NCBI GenBank assembly: GCA_030647095.1
Contig: JAUSKH010000002.1
Coordinates: forward strand, 1 to 39,247
From: Nanobdellota archaeon
GTDB lineage: Archaea; Nanobdellota; Nanobdellia; Pacearchaeales; GW2011-AR1
DNA: 39,247 bases
Direction: 5' to 3'
Shown here: in pieces, positions 9,288-17,584 of the stretch
Position numbering within the stretch: the stretch's first letter is position 1
How the letters are laid out: each line of letters opens with the position of its first letter
Notes under the pieces: generated by a model
Database searches by the model: none
Told to the model about the DNA's origin: nothing
Seen by the model: the letters and a program-made list of their open reading frames with translations, nothing else
Translations under genes and position numbers: made by a program

Positions 9288-9484
9288 CAAAGCATCATCA
9301 AAAGAAAATCAAATTAGGCGTAGAAGCCAGGCGTACAAAATGGGCGCCTATTTGGGTAGTTGTAAAGAAATACGGTCCTGGAAGAAAAGTTCATCCTTCC
9401 CAGATTACCAAAAGGCGTAGACACTGGAGACAAACTAAACTTAAAATTAAACCTCGAATAACACCTAAGAGGCATTTAGGTTAA
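9284..9484 (+). CDS. rpl39e: 50S ribosomal protein L39e
   Basis: APIWVVVK...RRHWRQTKLK; lies between S19e and L31e. Confidence 0.9.
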   Translation: MTKHHQKKIKLGVEARRTKWAPIWVVVKKYGPGRKVHPSQITKRRRHWRQTKLKIKPRITPKRHLG

Positions 9485-9492
9485 AAATCAAA

Positions 9493-10032
9493 ATGGCAGA
9501 AGAAAAAATTCAAACAATGGAAAGAGAATATATCATTCCACTTAGAAAAGAATGGCGCAAGGTTGCCAACTATAAGAGAACAGGAAGAGCAATTAAAGAA
9601 ATAAAAAAATATATCGCAAAACATATGAAAGTTCCTGATAGAGACACCTCAAAAATAAAAATAGATATATATCTTAATAACGAGATTTGGTTCAGAGGAA
9701 GAAGGAAACCACCTGCAAAAATCAAAGTCAGGGCAATAAAGGAAAAAGATATTATAAGAGTAGAGTTAGCAGAAATCCCAGAATATGTAAAGTTCAAGAA
9801 ACAAAAAGATGAAAAATTCCATAAGTCCGTAGAAGTCAAGCCTAAAGAAGAAAAGAAGACCGAAGAGAAGAAAGAAGATGAAGAAGTAAAGAAAAAGGCT
9901 GAGCAGGAAAAAGAACAGTCGGTTGCAGAACAGCACGCCTTAGAAGCAAAGCAAGAAGCACGAGCAGAGAAACATATTCCAAAACTCGACAAGAAGAAAA
10001 CTCAGCCAACAAGAATGTCTCTGAAGAAGTAG
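9493..10032 (+). CDS. rpl31e: 50S ribosomal protein L31e with K/E-rich C-terminal extension
   Basis: EREYIIPLR, RAIKEIKKYIAKHMK, LNNEIWFRGRRKPP. Confidence 0.95.
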   Translation: MAEEKIQTMEREYIIPLRKEWRKVANYKRTGRAIKEIKKYIAKHMKVPDRDTSKIKIDIYLNNEIWFRGRRKPPAKIKVRAIKEKDIIRVELAEIPEYVKFKKQKDEKFHKSVEVKPKEEKKTEEKKEDEEVKKKAEQEKEQSVAEQHALEAKQEARAEKHIPKLDKKKTQPTRMSLKK

Positions 10033-10083
10033 GTTTTTATTTATTAGTTAAACTTATCGTGGGGGGGTATTAATCCTTAGGAC

Positions 10084-10139
10084 ACCAAGAATTCTGGCAA
10101 TTGAATTCTTGGGTGCACTCAAGAACTGAGAGTTCTTGA
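10084..10139. repeat. Double-hairpin palindromic element, intergenic copy
   Basis: CCAAGAATTC (10085-94)/GAATTCTTGG (10103-12), then GGTGC, then TCAAGAACT (10119-27)/AGTTCTTGA (10131-39). Confidence 0.8.
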
Positions 10140-10218
10140 TGTTAAGTAATCGCGGGGACGTCAAACTTAAATAACTATCTAAATCTATAATACAAATATT
10201 TATAAACTATCTTGTAAT

Positions 10219-11553
10219 ATGATTTGTATGCTACAAGACATAAAAGAAAGAATAATATTACAAAAACGAGAAATTGAATCAAAACTCAAAGAGAGATATA
10301 TTGAAAGAAATCAGGACTTAAAATTAAATAATGATTTGATAAAAGTAATAGTTGGACCAAGAAGAGCTGGAAAATCCTTTTTTGCAATACATTTCTTAAA
10401 CAAACAAGGAAAATTTGGGTATGTTAATTTTGATGACGAAAAATTAGTTGAGGTAGAGAATTATGATGAGATAATCGCTGCGATAAACTCAGTTTATGAT
10501 AATCCTAAATTTATTCTTTTTGATGAAATTCAGAATCTTCCCAAATGGGAATTATTTGTTAATCGATTGCAAAGACAGGGACATAATTTGGTTATTACTG
10601 GAAGCAATTCAAATCTTTTGAGTAACGAATTAGCAACACACCTAACTGGAAGACATTTATTAACTAATATTTTTCCATTTTCCTTTAAAGAATATCTTAA
10701 ACTAGAAACCTCAAGATTTGTATCTGCGCAATCAAATCTTGATGGTGCTCAAGAACCACTAATTAAAAAGAATGTTCTTGACAATAAAGAATTAACAATT
10801 ACTGAAATAAAAGAAAAGATGTCTCAGTATCTGCTCAATGGAGGTTATCCAGAAATACTATCAAAAAAAATTGAATTAAAAGAATATTTGGGTACTTTAT
10901 TTAACTCAATAATCTATAAAGATATTGTAAAAAGATATAAAATAAGAAATCCAAGAGAAATTGAGGATTTGGTGATTTATTTTATTTCAAATATTGCGAA
11001 TGAATATTCTTATAACTCTTTAACAAAGGTTGGCAAAATTAAAAGTTCGCATACAACAGAAAAATATCTTAAATATTTAGAAGAATCATTTATTTTATTT
11101 AGTTTAAATAGGTTTTCCTATAAAGTTAAAGAGCAATTATCCTCAAATAAGAAAATTTATTGTATAGATAATGGATTTATTCAGGCAAAGGCATTTAGAC
11201 TAAGCCCAGATACGGGAAAGCTTTATGAAAATGTGGTTGCTTGTAAACTAAAAAAAGAGGAAGTTGATGGAAAATTAAAATTTTACTATTGGAAAAATCA
11301 ACAGCAGGAAGAAGTCGATTTTATTATAAAAGAAGGAATAAAAGTTAAGCAATTGATACAAGTTTGTTTTAATATAAATAATTTAGAAACCAAAAATAGA
11401 GAAATAAGAGCATTGATTAAGGCGGGAAAAGAGCTAAAGTGTAGTCATCTTTTGATAATAACCGAAGATACCGAAAGTAAAGAAAAAATGGAATGGTTTG
11501 GGGATAAAGCAACTATAAACTACATCCCCTTATGGAAATGGCTTTTAACATAA
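10219..11553 (+). CDS. AAA_14/DUF4143-type ATP-binding protein
   Basis: Walker A GPRRAGKS, Walker B LFDEIQ, ITGSNS, LTGR, GGYPE, KKIYCIDNG, EVDF. Start may be 10228. Confidence 0.92.
   Translation: MICMLQDIKERIILQKREIESKLKERYIERNQDLKLNNDLIKVIVGPRRAGKSFFAIHFLNKQGKFGYVNFDDEKLVEVENYDEIIAAINSVYDNPKFILFDEIQNLPKWELFVNRLQRQGHNLVITGSNSNLLSNELATHLTGRHLLTNIFPFSFKEYLKLETSRFVSAQSNLDGAQEPLIKKNVLDNKELTITEIKEKMSQYLLNGGYPEILSKKIELKEYLGTLFNSIIYKDIVKRYKIRNPREIEDLVIYFISNIANEYSYNSLTKVGKIKSSHTTEKYLKYLEESFILFSLNRFSYKVKEQLSSNKKIYCIDNGFIQAKAFRLSPDTGKLYENVVACKLKKEEVDGKLKFYYWKNQQQEEVDFIIKEGIKVKQLIQVCFNINNLETKNREIRALIKAGKELKCSHLLIITEDTESKEKMEWFGDKATINYIPLWKWLLT
10708..10782. repeat. Double-hairpin palindromic element, in-frame copy inside the ATPase (75 nt, 25 codons)
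   Basis: TCAAGATTTG (10711-20)/CAAATCTTGA (10733-42), then GGTGC, then TCAAGAAC (10749-56)/GTTCTTGA (10774-81). Confidence 0.75.
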
Positions 11554-11637
11554 TCTTTAGATATCTCATAGAAGGATTAACTAGTCGCTTAGGGTGTCCA
11601 ACCCTATATTTTTATATATCTCTTTCTCCTTAATCAT

Positions 11638-12342
11638 ATGTTACCAATCCAAAAAGAATTACAATCCCTAACAAACCCAGAAAAAGCCATTATTCTCCAA
11701 CACTTCTTTAAAACAGGACATGGAGAATATGGCGAAGGGGATATCTTTCTAGGTATTCAAGTTCCGCATGTGAGAACAATTTCAAAAAAATATCTGAATC
11801 TATCTTATCAGGAAATTTCTATATTATTAAACTCAAAGATACATGAAGAAAGACTTGTTGCCCTTCTTATATTAATTGAAAAATTTAATAAATCAAGGAA
11901 AGATAATAAGGAGCGTAGAAGAATTTATGAATTTTATCTCTCGCAAAGAGCAGGCATAAACAATTGGGATCTTGTTGACCTAAGTGCAGATAAAATAGTC
12001 GGAGAATTTATCTTCAATGAAGATAAAAGTATACTCAGAGACTTAGCAAGATCAAAGAATCTCTGGGAACGCCGTATAGCCATAGTTTCAACATTTGCTT
12101 TTATAAGAAGGAAAAGATTCGGTGAAACTCTAGCAATATCTGAAATTTTGATTAACGATACTCATGATTTAATCCATAAAGCAGTTGGCTGGATGCTTAG
12201 AGAAGTAGGCAAGAGAGACCAAGAAATACTGGAAATTTTTCTAAAAACCCACTACAATTCTATGCCTAGAACAATGTTGCGCTACTCAATAGAAAAATTC
12301 CCTCAAGATAAAAGAAAAGCTTATTTGAAAGGTGAAATATGA
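11638..12342 (+). CDS. alkD: DNA alkylation repair protein (AlkD-like HEAT-repeat glycosylase)
   Basis: FFKTGHGEYGEGDIFLG, INNWDLVD, LWERRIAIV, HKAVGWMLREVGKRD, MPRTMLRYSIE. Confidence 0.9.
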   Translation: MLPIQKELQSLTNPEKAIILQHFFKTGHGEYGEGDIFLGIQVPHVRTISKKYLNLSYQEISILLNSKIHEERLVALLILIEKFNKSRKDNKERRRIYEFYLSQRAGINNWDLVDLSADKIVGEFIFNEDKSILRDLARSKNLWERRIAIVSTFAFIRRKRFGETLAISEILINDTHDLIHKAVGWMLREVGKRDQEILEIFLKTHYNSMPRTMLRYSIEKFPQDKRKAYLKGEI

Positions 12343-12416
12343 AACCACAAGATGTAACCTTTAATAAGTAATAACAATATAGAAAAGTTTAAATACACCT
12401 AAAATTTAAGAAAAAT

Positions 12417-13202
12417 ATGACATCAACACAATACGGGATAATTGAAGTAAAACAACCAGAGCATCCTCCTAGAAGTTTGCTTGTAGTTCCACATGAAAAC
12501 AACAATTTAATTGTAGGTTTTCCTGCTTTTGGTCCAGGTACTTATTCAGGTAATCAAAATTCTATGCAAAAATCATATTCTCATCCTCAAACTGGAGAAA
12601 GAATCTCTTTTACCCCAGCAACTACAGCCCAGTCTATTTCAGCAGCAGCATATGACTTTAAGAATCTAGCAAAACCTCAAATTTTTGACCCACAATGGCT
12701 GCAATTAGGATATATTTTAAGAACATCTGAAGGCGTTTTTGTAAATCTTCCAAAGGATAAACAAGGAAATGTAATAACAGACGAAGCTATTCTCAAATCC
12801 CATTTAAATGGAATTAAGCCAATTAGAATTGGCAAGAGTGATATTTACATTGCTTCAAATACAGAAAAGTTAAAAGATTTTGGCTTTGCACCCTATGAAA
12901 CTTTCCAAACAGGAATCCAGGACGGAAAAAAATTCGCAGAAGGCGGTTTAGCAAGAGTATTGGAACACACAGAAGAAAAAGCAAATGCTTTAGGAAAAAT
13001 AGCTTCCACTAAATTCTATCTAACAGGAGTTAATGTATGGGCTTTTGAGCAAACTAAAGAGCCTGTTTTAAGGGTTGCTAGTCTTGGCTCTGGCAGGGTC
13101 TCTGGTAGCGGCAGGTTGAGCGTTAATGGCAACGACTGGAGCAACGAGGGCTATGCTTTTGGGGTGTTAGATTCTGGCAAAGCCAGCGCAAAAAATTTGT
13201 AA
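12417..13202 (+). CDS. DGR target (variable) protein with C-terminal VR
   Basis: The C-terminal 31 codons match the downstream TR except almost exclusively at TR adenines. No signal peptide or TM segment seen. Confidence 0.92.
   Translation: MTSTQYGIIEVKQPEHPPRSLLVVPHENNNLIVGFPAFGPGTYSGNQNSMQKSYSHPQTGERISFTPATTAQSISAAAYDFKNLAKPQIFDPQWLQLGYILRTSEGVFVNLPKDKQGNVITDEAILKSHLNGIKPIRIGKSDIYIASNTEKLKDFGFAPYETFQTGIQDGKKFAEGGLARVLEHTEEKANALGKIASTKFYLTGVNVWAFEQTKEPVLRVASLGSGRVSGSGRLSVNGNDWSNEGYAFGVLDSGKASAKNL
13073..13166 (+). repeat. DGR variable region (VR)
   Basis: 94-nt ungapped match to 13389-13482 with 16 mismatches, 15 of them at TR adenines. Confidence 0.95.
13174..13186 (+). promoter_or_regulatory. 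Candidate DGR target-recognition hairpin
   Basis: CTGGC-AAA-GCCAG 7 nt after the VR, at the position where DGR cis hairpins occur. Stem is only 5 bp. Confidence 0.5.
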
Positions 13203-13216
13203 AAAACTTTATTAAT
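13202..13216 (+). promoter_or_regulatory. BRE/TATA-like promoter for the TR-RT transcript
   Basis: AAAAACTTTATTAAT resembles the motif upstream of most transcription units in the window and sits about 25 nt before a structured leader. Confidence 0.5.
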
Positions 13217-13388
13217 CCATTCTTTCTAATTACTATGTCTTAGTCAAGCGAATATTCGTCAAGGCTAGGGCCACATGCCTATTACTCATGCTCGAAAGAG
13301 TATCAAATGCAAACGCAACAGCAAGTAGTTATAAAAAACGAACCCTGAAGCGTTGGTGATTTATTGTAGGGTAAGAGGCTACATAGTT

Positions 13389-13482
13389 GGTTGCTAGTCT
13401 TAACTCTAACAGGAACTCTGATAGCAACAGGTTGAACGTTAATGGCAACAACTGGAACAACAATGGCTATGCTTTTGGAATG
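13389..13482 (+). repeat. DGR template repeat (TR)
   Basis: AAC/AAT-rich copy of the VR (11 AAY codons, 30 adenines) directly upstream of the RT. Confidence 0.95.
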
Positions 13483-13506
13483 GCTCTAGCACCTAAGACT
13501 TTATAC

Positions 13507-14589
13507 ATGAAAACATACAAAAATCTCTATGAAAAAATAATTTCATTTGATAATTTGGTTCTGGCTTGGAAAAAAGCACGTAAGGGAAAAACACAGAAGT
13601 TATATGTAGTCAAATTTGAAGAAAACCTTGAGAAAAACCTTCTTGACCTGCATTTTGATTTAAAGGAGCAAATATACAAACCGATACAACTAGAGACATT
13701 TATTTTACGTGATCCAAAAACAAGAAAAATATCAAAATCAGATTTTAGGGATAGAATTCTTCATCATGCAATTATTAATATTTTAGAACCAATCTTTGAC
13801 AAAACTTTCATTTACGATTCATGTGCAAATAGAAAAGGCAAGGGAAATTTATTCGCTCTAAAAAGATTTAATCAATTCAAAAGAAAAGTATCAAATAATG
13901 GAACTAAAGCACCCAATGTATTTAACGATTCAAATTATATAAAAGGATACTGCCTAAAAGCAGATATTAAACATTATTTTGAAAAGGTAGATCAGGAAAT
14001 TCTATTAAAACTAATAGAGAAAAGAATAAAAGATAAGAACATAATCTGGCTGATTAGTCTAGTAATAAAGAATAATACGAACTTTGAAACGAAGAGAGAG
14101 GGTAATAATTTAGGAAAGGGTATGCCTCTAGGAAACCTAACATCGCAATTCTTCGCAAATATTTATCTCAATGAATTAGACTATTTTATTAAACACGAGC
14201 TTAAAGCAAAATATTATATCCGTTATGTAGATGATTTTGTGATTTTACATAAATTAAAATCACAACTTGAAAATTGGAAGGAAAGGATCAACTCGTTTCT
14301 CAAAAAGCAACTCAAATTAGAAATACATCCTGAAAAATCGCGCATTATTGCTCTATCTCGAGGCTTAGATTTCGTAGGCTTCAGAAACTTTTATCACTTC
14401 AAACTTCCTAGAAAAAGAAATATTAAGAAAATGAGGCATAAAATAACTTCTTTTGCAAACAAGGAAATACAATATAGGGAATTAATGGAATCATTTAACG
14501 GTTGGCAAGCATATGCCAAGTGGGGAAATACATTTAAAATACGAAAGAGTATAATTAGAGAGATTTATAGAGTGAAATTCAACGAATAA
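13507..14589 (+). CDS. DGR reverse transcriptase (360 aa from ATG 13507)
   Basis: MKTYKNLY start, FRDRILHHA, KADIKHYF, DGR-type GMPLGNLTSQFFANIYL, YIRYVDDF, GLDFVGF. No maturase/endonuclease tail. Confidence 0.96.
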   Translation: MKTYKNLYEKIISFDNLVLAWKKARKGKTQKLYVVKFEENLEKNLLDLHFDLKEQIYKPIQLETFILRDPKTRKISKSDFRDRILHHAIINILEPIFDKTFIYDSCANRKGKGNLFALKRFNQFKRKVSNNGTKAPNVFNDSNYIKGYCLKADIKHYFEKVDQEILLKLIEKRIKDKNIIWLISLVIKNNTNFETKREGNNLGKGMPLGNLTSQFFANIYLNELDYFIKHELKAKYYIRYVDDFVILHKLKSQLENWKERINSFLKKQLKLEIHPEKSRIIALSRGLDFVGFRNFYHFKLPRKRNIKKMRHKITSFANKEIQYRELMESFNGWQAYAKWGNTFKIRKSIIREIYRVKFNE

Positions 14590-14601
14590 AGGAAAAACAA
14601 A

Positions 14602-14880
14602 ATGAGATTAGAACTATTTTCAATCCCAAATGATGCAAATGGAAATCTTATAAAAGACTTTCTTGTAAAAAATAATTTAACGTTTACAGAAATAATAACA
14701 GAAGATACTGAATTATTAAATAAGATTGCACAAACTAAACTATTAAATAAAATCTCTATATTAAGAGTTACATACTCTCATTCAATTCACGTTATGATTG
14801 GATACCAAGAAAATCAATTGAATCAATTAATTGAGCATATTAAAAAGTATAATCAAAATCACAATGAAACCCAACTTTAA
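14602..14880 (+). CDS. Small protein of possible glutaredoxin-like fold lacking CxxC; candidate DGR accessory
   Basis: Pattern LFSIPNDANGNLIKDFLVKNNLTFTEI...MIGYQENQL resembles NrdH/glutaredoxin spacing, with no Cys. Starts 12 nt after the RT stop. Confidence 0.5.
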   Translation: MRLELFSIPNDANGNLIKDFLVKNNLTFTEIITEDTELLNKIAQTKLLNKISILRVTYSHSIHVMIGYQENQLNQLIEHIKKYNQNHNETQL

Positions 14881-15721
14881 ATCCCTCAAGGAGAAAAAAT
14901 CAACAAAAGAACTTCTAAACTTCAGCATCATAAACCTAGACAAACCATCAGGACCTACAAGCTTCGATGTCTCTCATTTTGTTAAAAAACTTACAGGAGT
15001 AAGTAAAACATCTCATTTAGGAACACTAGACCCACAAGTAAGTGGTGTACTTCCAATAACACTTGGAAGAGCCTGTCGCCTGGCAGATTATTTCATGCAC
15101 CACGATAAAGAATATATAGGAATTATGCGCATACATGAAAAAGTATCTGAAAAGAAACTAAAAGAAGAAATGAAGAAATTCTTAGGAAAAATATCACAAC
15201 TGCCTCCCCTAAGATCAAGGGTAAAAAGAGCTTTTAGAGAAAGAGAAATAAAGCTCTTTGAAATAATCGAAATAGACGGGAAAGACGTTTTATTTAAGGC
15301 AGATGTGGAGGCAGGAACTTACATAAGAAAGCTAATTAGCGACCTTGGAGAGAAAATAGGTGGTGCGCACATGCTTGAGTTAAGAAGAACACGAGCAAGC
15401 GTATTTCAAGAAGAAAACTCAATAAATTTATATGAACTAGAAAAAGTGTTCAAAGAATATAAAGAAGGCAATGATAAAGAATTAAGAAAAGTACTAATCC
15501 CAGCAGAACAGGCTTTATCAGAGGTTATACCAACTATCCAAGTAAAAGAATTAAGCATAAAACAATTACTCACAGGTAAACCTCTGATGAAAACCGATTT
15601 AATCTCACCATTACCCAGAGCAGAAAAGATAGCCCTTTTCTTCAAAGACAGATTAATAGAAGTTGCAAAAAAAGTTGAAGAAAAAGATATTATAGCAAGA
15701 CCTGAATTCGTCTATAACTAA
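14864..15721 (+). CDS. cbf5: Pseudouridine synthase Cbf5/TruB
   Basis: INLDKPSGPTS, HLGTLDPQVSGVLP, EAGTYIRKL, GAHMLELRRTR. ATG at 14864 preferred. Confidence 0.95.
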   Translation: MKPNFKSLKEKKSTKELLNFSIINLDKPSGPTSFDVSHFVKKLTGVSKTSHLGTLDPQVSGVLPITLGRACRLADYFMHHDKEYIGIMRIHEKVSEKKLKEEMKKFLGKISQLPPLRSRVKRAFREREIKLFEIIEIDGKDVLFKADVEAGTYIRKLISDLGEKIGGAHMLELRRTRASVFQEENSINLYELEKVFKEYKEGNDKELRKVLIPAEQALSEVIPTIQVKELSIKQLLTGKPLMKTDLISPLPRAEKIALFFKDRLIEVAKKVEEKDIIARPEFVYN

Positions 15722-15770
15722 ATCTCGATATCAGCACAACCCTTAAAAGCAATTATTCACTCTTTAAAAC

Positions 15771-16385
15771 ATGAGAGAATTCATATATTATTCAAGAACA
15801 GCACCCACATCAGGCAATTACATAAAAGAGGATTTGCATCAATCAGGAAGATTAGATATAGCAATCCATTCTGTAATAGCTTCTTTTTTTCTTAGCCACA
15901 AGATGAGAACAGATGTCAAACTTCATCTTATATTCAGCGGTCCCCCAGACCCTCCAAAACATCTTGAATTGAAACCGGTAACAGAAGGCGAAACAGATGT
16001 AGACAAAATCTATCTTTCAAAAAGAAATGTCTCAGGAATTTTAAAACGTATGTTGTATAAATATCGTGAAGGACAGAAAAAAGAAGTATTTCCAGGCTAT
16101 TGGATAGAAAAGAAACCTTTTTTGCATGTAGTCAATGAACTCTCTAATGAAGGTAAGAACCTTTACATTTTAGATGAAAGAGGAAAAGATCTAAGAGAAA
16201 TAGAAATAGAAAAAGATCCTATTTTTATTTTAGGTGACCATCAAGGTCTTCCTCAAAAAGAACTCAAGCGCTTAAAAAAAATATGTACTCCAGTCTCATT
16301 AGGCAAACGTCTTTACTTCGCATCTCATACAATTGCCATTGTCAACAACGAACTCGACAGACGTGAAGATGCTGGATTGTTATAA
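15771..16385 (+). CDS. trmY: tRNA pseudouridine(54) N1-methyltransferase (SPOUT)
   Basis: MREFI, SGRLDI, FFLSHKMRTDV, FILGDHQG, VSLG..LYFASHTI..VNNELD. Confidence 0.9.
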   Translation: MREFIYYSRTAPTSGNYIKEDLHQSGRLDIAIHSVIASFFLSHKMRTDVKLHLIFSGPPDPPKHLELKPVTEGETDVDKIYLSKRNVSGILKRMLYKYREGQKKEVFPGYWIEKKPFLHVVNELSNEGKNLYILDERGKDLREIEIEKDPIFILGDHQGLPQKELKRLKKICTPVSLGKRLYFASHTIAIVNNELDRREDAGLL

Positions 16386-16487
16386 ATTGTCTGAATTATG
16401 CTATCTCAATAATAGCATTGATTTAGTACTAGATTGTAGTATTGAATCATAGTAATGATTAAAAACCCATCATGCACTGAAACATAC

Positions 16488-17249
16488 ATGGCAAAAGGCG
16501 CATCAATCAAATTTAAGTCATACGAAGAAACTATTCCAAAAATTCTTGACCTATTAAAATTAGAAAACGGTTTAGCAAACGCAGACACAGTAGTAATAAA
16601 GCCATTCTTGCTTAACCCAACTGAGAAATATGTTTCAGTTGATTTAGTTGAACAAGTATTAAGATTCTGTTTAATGCATAAAAAGTCTCTTGCAAAAATA
16701 TTTATTGCAGAAGGTGCTGATGGTTATGACACTATGGACCTATTTGATGAACTAGGCTACAGAAAACTCTCAGAGAGATATTCAATTGGCCTAATAGATC
16801 TCAATAATACAGAAACAGAAAGCATAGAAAAGGCACAATTTGAGAAATTTAAGTCAATAGACTATCCTTCAATACTAAAGAACAGTTTTGTAATTTCTCT
16901 TGCAAAACTAGATGAGGATGAAGAATTAGGAATAACTGGTTCTCTCCCAAGTATGCTTGGAGCATTTCCAGGTTCTTCTTACAAAGGTCTTCTTTCAAGA
17001 AAAAAAAGCAAAATAAGGAAATGGCCAATAAAATATTCTATTAATGATATCATTCAATGCAAAATGCCTGACTTTGCAATCATTGACGCTTCGTCTAAAG
17101 GTTTAATACTAGCTGGCTTGCCTTTGGATATTGATAAACAGGCAGCAAAAATACTAGATAAAGACTGGAAATCAATACCATACATTAGTTTAATAGAAGA
17201 AAACTCCATATTAAGAGAAGTTGAAAAGCCATTAGAAAGCGAAATCTAA
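16488..17249 (+). CDS. DUF362-like protein
   Basis: VVIKP, IFIAEG, LIDLN, PDFAIIDA, DIDKQAAKIL patterns. Confidence 0.65.
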   Translation: MAKGASIKFKSYEETIPKILDLLKLENGLANADTVVIKPFLLNPTEKYVSVDLVEQVLRFCLMHKKSLAKIFIAEGADGYDTMDLFDELGYRKLSERYSIGLIDLNNTETESIEKAQFEKFKSIDYPSILKNSFVISLAKLDEDEELGITGSLPSMLGAFPGSSYKGLLSRKKSKIRKWPIKYSINDIIQCKMPDFAIIDASSKGLILAGLPLDIDKQAAKILDKDWKSIPYISLIEENSILREVEKPLESEI

Positions 17250-17264
17250 CTTCAAAAAAATAAA

Positions 17265-17546
17265 ATGATGAAAAAAGCGGTAAAGCTCACTTTAACAGGA
17301 GCAATGCAAGGAATATTCTTTAAGAATTTCATGAAAGAGAACGCTCAAAAATTTAATGTTACTGGTTTTGTAAGAAAGCTTGAAGACGGCCGCATGGAAA
17401 TATTTATTGAGGGAGATAGAGAAAAAGTAGATGCAATGTCTTCTATTTGTAAAGAAGGTCCTCCTCACTCTCAAATAAGGAATGTAGAAGAAAAAGAAGA
17501 AAAATTTCAGGGCGTTTTCAGTGAATTTAAAGTGTTTAGCTTCTGA
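17265..17546 (+). CDS. acyP: Acylphosphatase-fold protein with altered catalytic residues
   Basis: GAMQGIFFK, TGFVRKLEDG, EG...GPPHSQI. Confidence 0.8.
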   Translation: MMKKAVKLTLTGAMQGIFFKNFMKENAQKFNVTGFVRKLEDGRMEIFIEGDREKVDAMSSICKEGPPHSQIRNVEEKEEKFQGVFSEFKVFSF

Positions 17547-17584
17547 GTCAATAAATATATAAATCAAATTTCTTTAATCAATTT

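Noticed and set aside
9780..10032. K/E-rich tail of L31e and antisense ORF 9570-9992 as a separate element
   Set aside because: Low-complexity charged extension; the antisense ORF is its Ser/Phe-rich mirror.
10071..11598. Possible terminal inverted repeats around the ATPase gene (TAATCCTT/AAGGATTA and GGACACC/GGTGTCC)
   Set aside because: The two short matches are in the wrong relative order for one inverted repeat, and there is no transposase or target duplication.
13387..13506. N-terminal 40-aa extension of the RT given in the ORF track
   Set aside because: It is the TR read in frame from a TTG. The RT-like sequence begins at ATG 13507, although read-through is not excluded.
13507..14589. 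Group II intron or retron interpretation of the RT
   Set aside because: No domain V/VI RNA, maturase or endonuclease tail seen, and the adjacent TR/VR pair with A-specific mismatches defines a DGR.
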